A stretch of 54,481 nucleotides of DNA. Origin: Dysgonamonadaceae bacterium (GTDB lineage: Bacteria > Bacteroidota > Bacteroidia > Bacteroidales > Dysgonomonadaceae). The notes under the pieces were generated by a model that was not told the DNA's origin, did not search any database, and saw nothing but the letters and a program-made list of their open reading frames with translations. Location of the stretch: positions 1-54,481 of the forward strand of contig JARKPE010000078.1 in NCBI GenBank assembly GCA_029975415.1, given 5' to 3'. The position numbers were made by a program, and so were the translations under genes. Every line of letters begins with the position of its first letter. Within the stretch, counting starts at the first letter, position 1. Of the stretch, positions 37,792 to 46,423 are shown piece by piece.

Positions 37792-39180
37792 TTAATGCGA
37801 AGTAATTTTTTTCAGAACGGCGGTTCTCAAAAGAGAAAGTTGCCCGCCTATGAAAAACATTTCAATCGCAAGTAAGAGATCTTCCGGTATTCCTTCATAA
37901 AGGTCTAAGCTCAACATTATGCTTATGAAACCTTCTAAGTTGTTGTGAGACATAAAGTAGCATAACCTTAGTAATTCGAGAATATAGAACTCTGAATATG
38001 AAATTGTTTCTCGGAAAGGGAAAAATTCGGAAAACTCGAGCCATGTTTCATCCGGCACAATCATTTTATTTTTAAATTGTTCCATAAGGAATTGTGCCTT
38101 CAAAAGAGGGAAATCGGGATATTTATCGAAATATTCTTTAACTTTTTTTGCTCTTTTGTTCTTATTTTTTTCATCAATAATTTCGTAATAGAGTACAAAT
38201 GGAATTTTGCCCCATTTCTTACGAATGTATTTCAACATTTTTTCTTTGTTGGCAGTTGTCAGATAATTCAAGTCCTTCTCGGTAAATGGTTGGTCAGGAG
38301 CTAATCCGAGCGATTCGCGACTGATTAAATCGGCAATCTGAATTTTTTCAGACTCTTCTTGCCATTTTTTTAGCCATTCATCAACTAAATCCTTCTTAAC
38401 AATATCTTTTTTTAAAACATCGATAAGAACCATCAACTTTGTGGCATCCGGTATAAAACTGTCGTCATTCAATAGTTCATTCTCATCTAAAAAATTAGTA
38501 AACTCTAAAAAAAGCTTGGCATTTTCTTCAAACGAATTAGATAAATATTCGGAATAATTATCCTCAAAATCTTTATCGTCAATACCCTCATCGTCAAAAT
38601 CTTCATCCATTTCATCAGATAACAGATAATCATAATTGTTCGGCCCGACTTCTTTATCGAGATGATTCAAAATCTGCCTTGCCTTAGCATCCGAATCTAT
38701 TTCTCCCTGGATGTAATAAGGTCTGCCATTTTCATCGCCACAGGCAATATCGATAAGAGGAATTTTTTCATCGTCTTCTTCGAGCATGTATTGCGTGATT
38801 GACTCAAAATCTTTATGAGGCTTAAACCCTATTTCTTCCGCAAATTCTAAAGCAGCAAATATAATGTTGTGAACAAGATTGTATTCAACCACTGACATAG
38901 ACATGGTTTCAGTAAATTTCTCGATCATCTCATCATATTCCCATTTCGAAATATTAAATCTGAAAAATGTGTCTTTTACTCCTAAGCATAACAAATCAAC
39001 CAAATAAAAACATACAGTAAGGTTACCATTTATATGCTCTCTGGAGATAATGATATAGGCCAATCCGCTATCGTCCCAGCCGTCGTTGATTAAGCATTGG
39101 GATAAAGGCAGATTTCGAGCACGTTGACGAATATAATTTTCGGGAGACAAAATTTGCTGACGGGTTTGTTTTTTGGTCAT
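37792..39180 (-). CDS. Hypothetical acidic protein
   Basis: 462-aa ORF with its own TATCTTTG (rc 39206-39213). N-terminal LSPENYIRQRARNLP...YLVDLLCLGVKDTF block, D/E-rich linker and helical C-terminus. No function recognised. Confidence 0.8.
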   Translation of the reverse strand: MTKKQTRQQILSPENYIRQRARNLPLSQCLINDGWDDSGLAYIIISREHINGNLTVCFYLVDLLCLGVKDTFFRFNISKWEYDEMIEKFTETMSMSVVEYNLVHNIIFAALEFAEEIGFKPHKDFESITQYMLEEDDEKIPLIDIACGDENGRPYYIQGEIDSDAKARQILNHLDKEVGPNNYDYLLSDEMDEDFDDEGIDDKDFEDNYSEYLSNSFEENAKLFLEFTNFLDENELLNDDSFIPDATKLMVLIDVLKKDIVKKDLVDEWLKKWQEESEKIQIADLISRESLGLAPDQPFTEKDLNYLTTANKEKMLKYIRKKWGKIPFVLYYEIIDEKNKNKRAKKVKEYFDKYPDFPLLKAQFLMEQFKNKMIVPDETWLEFSEFFPFRETISYSEFYILELLRLCYFMSHNNLEGFISIMLSLDLYEGIPEDLLLAIEMFFIGGQLSLLRTAVLKKITSH

Positions 39181-39297
39181 CTTGCTAATTTTAAATATTT
39201 ATGTGCAAAGATAAGAATCTAAGATTTCTCAAAAATGAAGCAACGATATTTATTTTGCATATTGGTAAAAACTCCCTCAATTTTCTTGCAGAATTGA

Positions 39298-40758
39298 TCA
39301 GTAAATCTCGAAATTGGATAATACCGGACACGCTTTAGAATCGCGAATGGTTACTTTTATTTTTTGTGTCTCAATTGGATCGATTTTCAAAATTCTTTTG
39401 TAGCCAATGGTTGTTCCCTGTGCAATTTGGTTCCATTGATTATTTTCAAAAGCTTCAACCGCGAACGATTTGACACGTTGACCGAGTTTGATATATTCCT
39501 GCAAAACGATATATGAAACTTCTTTCGGTTCTTTCAAATCGATTACGAAACTTGCCGTTTTGGTGTGGTCGTCAGTTGCCCAATAAGTGTCTTTGTCTCC
39601 GTCAACAAGATTTTTGGCAGCATAAGTTTTGGATTTTCCACGAACATTATCGGCTTTGATGGTAGCATTTTTTGCTAAGTTATTGGCAAATATCGAATCT
39701 CGAATATGTTTGAATCCTAACAACGATTTTACGTCATTTTCATGAATCAATCCACGACGATCAGGAGGTACATTGAGCAACAATACCGATCCTCTTCCGA
39801 CGGAGGTCAGATAGATTTCGAAAAGACGTTCGGGCGATTTCACGAGCGAATCTTCTCTTTGATGATAAAACCATCCCGGACGGATAGAAACGTCCACTTC
39901 CGCAGGAATCCAACGTGTTCCGTCTTCAGATCCGGTGCGCAAGAGATTTTCAATATTGGCCTTGCCTGGGTAGAGGGTATCGGGAGTAATTGTGTTCCAA
40001 TTGGTTTCACCGGCTTGTCCTTGTTCGTTGCCCACCCATCGAATATCCGGTCCGGCATCGCTGAAAAAAAGTACTTGCGGTTGCATTTGTCGAACCATTT
40101 CGAGCGTTTTTGGCCAATCATAATAGGTTTCACGATCAATCTGCCTAACTTCTCTTTTTCCGCCATAATAACCGTCGCCTCCGTTTGCACCGTCGAACCA
40201 CATTTCGAAAATGGGACCATAATTGGTGAAGAGTTCTTTGAGTTGGTTGCGATAGTAGGTGATATATTCGGGCTTGCCATAATCTTTGTGATTGCGATCC
40301 CATGGCGAAAGGTAAACACCGAATTTCAGTCCGTATTTTTTAGCCGATTCGCTCATTTCCTTCACAATATCTCCTTTCCCGTTTTTGTATGGGCTGTTTT
40401 TGATCGAATGTTCCGTATAAGCCGATGGCCACAGACAAAACCCGTCGTGATGTTTACAGGTAAGTATTGCACCTTTCATTCCCGCATCTTTGAGTGTTGA
40501 AATCCATTGATCGGTATTTAAGTTCGTAGGATTGAAAATGCTCTCTTTTTCGTCGCCATAGCCCCATTCCAGGTCGGTAAAGGTATTTGTCGTGAAATGT
40601 ATGAAAGCGTTTGTCTCCATTTCATGCCAGGCGAGTTGTTCATTCGTTGGAACCGGCAAAACCGGCGACGGAGGATCGACGGATTTAACGGAGTTACAAG
40701 AAGGGTGTAAAAATACGATCACAATCAACAAATTTGATTTAAACTTGAAAAATTTCAT
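39298..40758 (-). CDS. Alpha-L-fucosidase GH29 with C-terminal F5/8 (CBM32-like) domain, probable lipoprotein
   Basis: TCKHHDGFCLWPS, YLSPWDRN, WFDGA nucleophile, EVDVSIRPGWFY and SVGRG. Start MKFFK at 40758. Confidence 0.92.
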   Translation of the reverse strand: MKFFKFKSNLLIVIVFLHPSCNSVKSVDPPSPVLPVPTNEQLAWHEMETNAFIHFTTNTFTDLEWGYGDEKESIFNPTNLNTDQWISTLKDAGMKGAILTCKHHDGFCLWPSAYTEHSIKNSPYKNGKGDIVKEMSESAKKYGLKFGVYLSPWDRNHKDYGKPEYITYYRNQLKELFTNYGPIFEMWFDGANGGDGYYGGKREVRQIDRETYYDWPKTLEMVRQMQPQVLFFSDAGPDIRWVGNEQGQAGETNWNTITPDTLYPGKANIENLLRTGSEDGTRWIPAEVDVSIRPGWFYHQREDSLVKSPERLFEIYLTSVGRGSVLLLNVPPDRRGLIHENDVKSLLGFKHIRDSIFANNLAKNATIKADNVRGKSKTYAAKNLVDGDKDTYWATDDHTKTASFVIDLKEPKEVSYIVLQEYIKLGQRVKSFAVEAFENNQWNQIAQGTTIGYKRILKIDPIETQKIKVTIRDSKACPVLSNFEIY

Positions 40759-40772
40759 AAGTGACGTTGTGT

Positions 40773-42092
40773 TTATAATGTTATACTTCTTTTGAAAGCG
40801 CGATTTCCATACCATGCGACGACGGCAAAGCAAATAAACGGGAGTATGAACGAGGCATTGACTGCCGGAAAAGATGATCCGATCGTTCCCATATCGATTA
40901 TGCTTGCTTGAAGGGGGGGTAGGATAGATCCTCCCAAAATGGCCATGATCAGCCCGGCTGCGCCGAACTTGGCATCTTCACCCATTCCTCTGAGAGCGAT
41001 TCCATAGATGGTTGGGAACATCAACGACATGAAAGCCGATACGCCTACCAGGCAGTACAATCCTTTAATGTCTTGGAAAAACATGACTCCAAGAGTTAAA
41101 ATTCCTGCTGCAATGGCAAATGTACGGATCATTTTACCAGGGCTGAAGAATTTCATCAGATAAGTAGCAATGAAACGACTGGTGCAAAAAATGATCATAG
41201 CAGCGATATTGTATTTTTGTGAAAGCACTTCGGCTGCCTGCTCTTCCATTCCTTGTTCCATAAACACGCGTGTACCGTATTGGATGATAAACGTCCAACA
41301 CATGATTTGCGCACCTACATAGAAAAATTGTGCAATGACCCCTTCGCGATAGTTTGGAATGGAAAAAATTCGCTTGAGAGCTGCAGCTAAATTCAAACTC
41401 TTGTCTTTGTCGGCATTTTTTGGCATGCGTACGAACAAGATGATGAGAAACATCGTCAAAACTATTAATCCTATCACCAGATAAGGCTCAATGAGTATCG
41501 ACAAATCCGATTGTTTGATTGTTTCAAATTCTGCATTCGAAAGATCGGCGCGCTCGGCGGTGCTCATAGGATTGAGTTTCGCCTGAATGAAATTCATGGC
41601 AACGAACATACCCATGAGTGAACCTACCGGATTGAACGATTGCGCTAAATTGAGTCTGCGTGTTGCGTTTTCTTCAGGCCCCATCGTTAGAATGTATGGA
41701 TTGGCGCTGGTTTCGAGAAATGACAATCCACAGGTGAGAATGAAATAGGCAAGAAGAAACGGGTAATAACTCCCTGTCATCTTTGCCGGAAAAAATAGAA
41801 ATGCGCCAATTGCATAGAGAGCCAGTCCCATCAAAATTCCCGATTTGTAAGAAAATTTTTTTATGAATAATGCTGCGGGGAAAGCCATAGCAAAATATCC
41901 TCCATAGAAAGCAACCTGAACCAATGCGCCTTGTGTCGTGTTCATTCTGAAGATCTTTGAAAAAGCTTTCACCATGGGATTAGTAACATCATTTGCGAAC
42001 CCCCAGAGAGCAAAACAGGTGGTGATGAGAATAAAAGGTACGAGATAATTCACTCCATTGTGTTTGAGAAGAGGCTGTTTGTTCGTTTCCAT
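40773..42092 (-). CDS. fucP: L-fucose:H+ symporter
   Basis: FALWGFAND, VQVAFYGGYF, LETSANPY, RRLNLAQSFNP and MFPTIY. Confidence 0.93.
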   Translation of the reverse strand: METNKQPLLKHNGVNYLVPFILITTCFALWGFANDVTNPMVKAFSKIFRMNTTQGALVQVAFYGGYFAMAFPAALFIKKFSYKSGILMGLALYAIGAFLFFPAKMTGSYYPFLLAYFILTCGLSFLETSANPYILTMGPEENATRRLNLAQSFNPVGSLMGMFVAMNFIQAKLNPMSTAERADLSNAEFETIKQSDLSILIEPYLVIGLIVLTMFLIILFVRMPKNADKDKSLNLAAALKRIFSIPNYREGVIAQFFYVGAQIMCWTFIIQYGTRVFMEQGMEEQAAEVLSQKYNIAAMIIFCTSRFIATYLMKFFSPGKMIRTFAIAAGILTLGVMFFQDIKGLYCLVGVSAFMSLMFPTIYGIALRGMGEDAKFGAAGLIMAILGGSILPPLQASIIDMGTIGSSFPAVNASFILPFICFAVVAWYGNRAFKRSITL

Positions 42093-42101
42093 TATGTTGG
42101 T

Positions 42102-42527
42102 TTATTTAACGATTCCTTTTTTGAGGATGATGTTTGCATACAATGCTTCTTCGCCTGAAGCCACAACTGCGAATGCGGTCTTTGCTCTTTCATAAAAAGC
42201 AAATCGTTCGAGATATCCGATAGTGAATTTTTCGCCTGATTTTTCAAGAATCTGGGTGTATTGTTCCCAAATTTGCGGATTGTAATTGTCGCCCTGAACC
42301 ACTTCCATCAAATAAATCTGACGCTCGGCGTATGTATCGAGTGGAAGCAATTGCAGGATGGCCTGCAAAAGTTCTGTTCCCGATAATCCGTCTGCACGAA
42401 TCACATTTTGCGAAATCGATTCGCATGGGAAATTTCCGTCGGCAATCACTATTTCGTCGCCATGTCCCATTTCCATCAGTGTTTTTAATAACTGTGGCGA
42501 AAGTATTTTGGGTATGTTCTTAAGCAT
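42102..42527 (-). CDS. fucU: L-fucose mutarotase (RbsD/FucU family)
   Basis: MGHGDEIVIADGNFP, ERFAFYERAK and YANIILKKG. Confidence 0.9.
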   Translation of the reverse strand: MLKNIPKILSPQLLKTLMEMGHGDEIVIADGNFPCESISQNVIRADGLSGTELLQAILQLLPLDTYAERQIYLMEVVQGDNYNPQIWEQYTQILEKSGEKFTIGYLERFAFYERAKTAFAVVASGEEALYANIILKKGIVK

Positions 42528-42550
42528 AAGATCAAATTGTTTTCGATTAA

Positions 42551-44320
42551 CTATTTGTAAATGGGTCCAAAATTAGCGCAAGCGCGGTAATCAGCTCCTT
42601 CTTTTTCCATTCCGAAGGCATTCCATGCAGCCGGACGGAAAATTTTGTCTTCGTCCACGTTGTGCATACAAACAGGAATGCGCAGCATCGAAGCAAGTGT
42701 AATTAAATCTTGTCCGATGTGTCCGTAGCTTATAGCTCCGTGATTTGCACCCCAATTGTTCATCACCGAATATACATCTTTGAATGCTCCTTTGCCGGTC
42801 AAACGCGGAGCGAACCAGGTTGTTGGCCATGTTTTATCGGTGCGCTTGTTGATAATTTCGAAAATCTCCGGATCAACGTCCACTGTCCATCCTTCGGATA
42901 ATTGCAAAACCGGACCTTGTCCATCTATAAGGTTGATGCGCGACATGGTAACAGGCATTCCGCCTCGAGACAAAAAAGTCGATGAAAAGCCGCCGCCTCT
43001 GAAATAATCGCGATTAGCGGGCGACCATTGCGTTGCGGCCAAGCATGCTTCTACTTCTTCTTGTGTGATATTCCAGGGTTCCTTCATAGCCGGTAATCCA
43101 TTCAGATTTTGACGACCTGTTCCATCGAGTGTGGTCGCGCCGGAGTTGATGAGGTGGATAATGCCGTTCGAGGCCAAACCGGTGAGTTCTTTTCCGGTAA
43201 CGCGTCTCACAGATTCAGGACTCCAATAGGTTCTGACGTCTGAAAATATTTGAGCTTTGTTCGTCAAAAGATGATTGAAAAGCATGGCGACGCCGTTCAG
43301 CGAATCGTTTTCGGTAGCCAAAATAATGGCTTCTCTGACGCCGTTCCAGTCGAAAGAACTGTTCAGAATAGTCTCCATAAAATCACCGTTCGGCAAAAAA
43401 TCTGTCCATTGGCGCTGTCCCTGAAATCCACCCAAAATGGCATTATGTCCGATAGCTTCTTCCTTGAATCCCATTTCCTCAAGTTTAGGATTACCTTTGA
43501 GCAAATCTCTTGCGATGATGGCCATTTTCACTACGAATTCCCAATCGTTATCTTTTTCTGCCCGAGTTTTCTGTTTTTCGGGACGGTTGTAATCCGTTCC
43601 TTCGTTAGTCTTGCAATATTTTTCAACCCATGCCATCGCTCTTTCGAATTCGGCCGGATCGTAAATGCCTTTTTTTATGCGGCGAATGATTTCGGTTGAA
43701 TCCACCGATTCGTTTCGCATACCGAGATATTTTTGAAAGAAATCGGGGTTAACAATCGATCCGGCTATACCCATTGCCACACTACCAATAGACAAATACG
43801 ATTTTCCGCGCATGGTAGCCGTAGCTTGCGCAGCACGGGCAAATCGAAGCAGTTTCTCGGCAACATCATCGGGGATGGAATTATCGTCGATATCCTGAAT
43901 CTCGCTTCCATAAATTCCGAAAGCAGGCAATCCTTTTTGAGCATGTGCTGCAAGGACGGCTGCCAGATATACGGCTCCCGGACGTTCCGTGCCGTTAAAT
44001 CCCCACACCGCTTTCGGATAATGAGGATTCATATCCATTGTTTCCGATCCGTAGCACCAGCATGAGGTGACGGTGATGGTTGATCCTACGCCTTCTCTTT
44101 CGAATTTTTCGGCACAGGCAGCGCTTTCTCCGACACGTCCGATTGTACTGTCCGCAATGACACATTCAACAGTACTTCCATCGCCGTTTTTCAGGTTGGT
44201 GCTGATGAGATTGGCCACAGCTTTGGCCAGATTCATCGTTTTTTCTTCGAGACTTTCTCTCACTCCGCCCTGTCGTCCGTCAATAGTAGGACGGATGCCA
44301 ATTTTTGGATAAGTTTTCAT
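42551..44320 (-). CDS. fucI: L-fucose isomerase
   Basis: [35 protein letters not shown] and NNWGANHG. Confidence 0.97.
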   Translation of the reverse strand: MKTYPKIGIRPTIDGRQGGVRESLEEKTMNLAKAVANLISTNLKNGDGSTVECVIADSTIGRVGESAACAEKFEREGVGSTITVTSCWCYGSETMDMNPHYPKAVWGFNGTERPGAVYLAAVLAAHAQKGLPAFGIYGSEIQDIDDNSIPDDVAEKLLRFARAAQATATMRGKSYLSIGSVAMGIAGSIVNPDFFQKYLGMRNESVDSTEIIRRIKKGIYDPAEFERAMAWVEKYCKTNEGTDYNRPEKQKTRAEKDNDWEFVVKMAIIARDLLKGNPKLEEMGFKEEAIGHNAILGGFQGQRQWTDFLPNGDFMETILNSSFDWNGVREAIILATENDSLNGVAMLFNHLLTNKAQIFSDVRTYWSPESVRRVTGKELTGLASNGIIHLINSGATTLDGTGRQNLNGLPAMKEPWNITQEEVEACLAATQWSPANRDYFRGGGFSSTFLSRGGMPVTMSRINLIDGQGPVLQLSEGWTVDVDPEIFEIINKRTDKTWPTTWFAPRLTGKGAFKDVYSVMNNWGANHGAISYGHIGQDLITLASMLRIPVCMHNVDEDKIFRPAAWNAFGMEKEGADYRACANFGPIYK

Positions 44321-44374
44321 GATGCTTAAAATAAATTATGCGTTATATTTTTAATTTCGTGTGTTTAATAAATC

Positions 44375-44387
44375 ACGGTATTACCGT
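44375..44387. promoter_or_regulatory. Palindrome upstream of fucI, candidate GntR-type operator
   Basis: ACGGTA-T-TACCGT dyad; a 1-nt spacer is too tight for an RNA hairpin. Confidence 0.3.
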
Positions 44388-44388
44388 T

Positions 44389-45366
44389 TCAGATCGCATT
44401 TTGTCGAAAAACCCGGGTAGGCAAGTATTGTTGAATTTTTTCTCCGCTCAGCACAAAATCAGCAGCCAAGCTGCCCATTAGGTTGAAATCGATGCTGAAT
44501 GACGGAATCCCGTCTCCGATAATTTCATAAAAAGGATTTTCGTTGTATGCAATCAATCCGAAATCTGTTCCCATCAAAAGATTTTGTTCTTTGCCTCGCT
44601 TGATAATTTCTACAACATCCATTTGTTTGATGATAATGTAGCAGTACTTTTCGGTTATAGACTCGGGTACTTCGTCCATAATTTCTGACAGGAATCCGTA
44701 ATCGTAGCAAAATCGGGAAAAATATTCTTTGCTGCTTTGGGGATGTTTGTGCTGTTTGTTCAGAATAAAAATTAGTTTCCGATATTTTGATAATTGATCT
44801 TTCACACTCGCCAAAGCATTGTAAAATCCTTCGTCGAAATCCTGGCAGATGTAGGAATATTCCGATTTTTCGAATTTTCCGAAATCGAGCAGCAACAGGC
44901 GGTCGGGGTTAATTTGTTTGATTAATGGAGAGATGACGTCGTTTTCGTAATTCATTACCAAATATTTGTTGTATCTCCCATAAGCATCTTTTAAAATTGA
45001 ATTAAATAGTGTTTTATTGTATTGATGAAACCACAAATCTACTTTATAGGATAGAGGCAACTTCTTGATCAAGGTATTATAAAGCGATTCCTTGAAAGGT
45101 GTATATTCGTCGAGAAGCAGCAGAATGTTGGATGTGTTTTTTGTAACGAAATAGCTTTTGCCATGAATCGAATCGATAAGGCCTTTCTTTTTGAGAATTT
45201 TGAATGCCTTGAAAACCGTATCTCGTGAAACATGAAATTTTTGACTCAAAAAATTAATTGATGGAAGTTCGTCACCCACTTTTAGCTCATTGGCCGATAT
45301 CGAATCTTGCAAATAATCCGAAAGTTGTTGTACTTTTGTATTTTTACCATTAAAATTTAATTCCAT
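44389..45366 (-). CDS. fucR: GntR family regulator of fucose utilisation (FucR-like)
   Basis: wHTH LPSINFLSQKFHVSRDTVFKAF and C-terminal sugar-binding domain (YICQDF). Directly upstream of fucI; start MELNF at 45366. Confidence 0.82.
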   Translation of the reverse strand: MELNFNGKNTKVQQLSDYLQDSISANELKVGDELPSINFLSQKFHVSRDTVFKAFKILKKKGLIDSIHGKSYFVTKNTSNILLLLDEYTPFKESLYNTLIKKLPLSYKVDLWFHQYNKTLFNSILKDAYGRYNKYLVMNYENDVISPLIKQINPDRLLLLDFGKFEKSEYSYICQDFDEGFYNALASVKDQLSKYRKLIFILNKQHKHPQSSKEYFSRFCYDYGFLSEIMDEVPESITEKYCYIIIKQMDVVEIIKRGKEQNLLMGTDFGLIAYNENPFYEIIGDGIPSFSIDFNLMGSLAADFVLSGEKIQQYLPTRVFRQNAI

Positions 45367-45379
45367 AAATTGGGCGTTT

Positions 45380-45407
45380 ACTGTTCTGAACTGTGCTGCC
45401 AAAGGTA
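45380..45407 (-). promoter_or_regulatory. fuc operon promoter (-7 TACCTTTG) with overlapping direct-repeat operator
   Basis: rc 45400-45407 = TACCTTTG. ACTGTTCTG (45380-45388) and ACTGTGCTG (45390-45398) repeat with a 10-bp period. Confidence 0.55.
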
Positions 45408-45488
45408 TAAGTTGCAAATAAATAAATGAAAAATAATTATATGTTTTTCAGCATATTTTGAGAATTCATTTGGAAATTATGTAATAAC

Positions 45489-45527
45489 AACCGGCAAAAC
45501 TCTTCACAGGGTTTTGCCGGTTTTTTT
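45489..45527. terminator. Intrinsic terminator between the NigD-like gene and fucR
   Basis: AACCGGCAAAAC ... GTTTTGCCGGTT stem with T-run on the + strand. Confidence 0.75.
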
Positions 45528-45577
45528 GGAAAATCAAAAAGTCATATAAGAAATAGAACTAATCTACAGTCTATCGG

Positions 45578-46330
45578 TTAATAAAATTCGAACGAAGACC
45601 CAATCGATGTATTTTTTGATTTTGTTGCATTCTCCGTCGAGTTTACTCCGTATTTGTAAACGATATCATAAGTGACATCATCGCGTGTATTCCAATCCAA
45701 TACTTTGATGGCGAATGTAACAGAATCGGTCGAACTGTTTTGATAGGGTTTCAGATCGAAACACACTAGTCCGTTATATAGGCGGTTATTGGTGCTACCG
45801 TATGCGTTGTGCCTAAATTCGAGATGAATTTTCCCATCCTGCGGATCAGGAATAAGTGAATTCTCGACTAGGTTGATGGCATGAGGACGAATTCCGCCGT
45901 AATTGAATAAGAAATCTACATTCAGATAGTGATTTCCAATCCACATATCGTTTATCTTCACCGGATCATTTCCGATGCTGTCGGCATTTGTGGCCGTGAG
46001 TACAATGGTTTTTTTTGTCAGAATGTCCCAGATATAGTTGATCTTGATATAATGATCGAATTCGTTTTTTTGATTTGAAAGAATGGAATAGTTTAATATA
46101 ATGCGTTGGCCTTGCTTAGGCAAATATTGTATATCTGAAGCAGCAGGCCACAATGTAGTACCATCGTCGAGAATAAACCAGTAAGCACTCGAATTGTCAT
46201 CGGTTTCAACTGTTGCTATATCTACCCAAAAATCACCGAGTGAATAGCCATCGTTGTCGTCGCATGATTGAAAACCGATTGCAACGAACATGGCCAATAT
46301 AATCGTGCTTAAAATAAATTTCCTTTTCAT
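45578..46330 (-). CDS. NigD-like lipoprotein
   Basis: Lipobox FQSC-DDNDGYSL, LDDGTTLWP, GQRIILNY, IGNDPV and LEFRHNA. Confidence 0.82.
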   Translation of the reverse strand: MKRKFILSTIILAMFVAIGFQSCDDNDGYSLGDFWVDIATVETDDNSSAYWFILDDGTTLWPAASDIQYLPKQGQRIILNYSILSNQKNEFDHYIKINYIWDILTKKTIVLTATNADSIGNDPVKINDMWIGNHYLNVDFLFNYGGIRPHAINLVENSLIPDPQDGKIHLEFRHNAYGSTNNRLYNGLVCFDLKPYQNSSTDSVTFAIKVLDWNTRDDVTYDIVYKYGVNSTENATKSKNTSIGSSFEFY

Positions 46331-46362
46331 GTCTTACGTTTTTGGAATTTCATACAAAATAA

Positions 46363-46388
46363 AGATGATAAACTCCTAAAAACGTTGC
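46363..46388 (-). promoter_or_regulatory. Candidate ECF sigma-factor promoter
   Basis: Minus strand GCAAC-N16-CATCT, resembling the ECF GnAAC-N16-CGTC consensus. Confidence 0.45.
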
Positions 46389-46423
46389 ATGAAACGGATT
46401 ATTATTTTTCAGATTAACGTTTG

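Noticed and set aside
39742-40500. 252-aa antisense ORF inside the fucosidase
   Set aside because: Codon-bias shadow ORF; no recognisable domain or promoter.
45217-45232. parS half-site CGTATCTCGTGAAACA
   Set aside because: Explained by the conserved HVSRDT helix of the GntR HTH; three mismatches in one arm.
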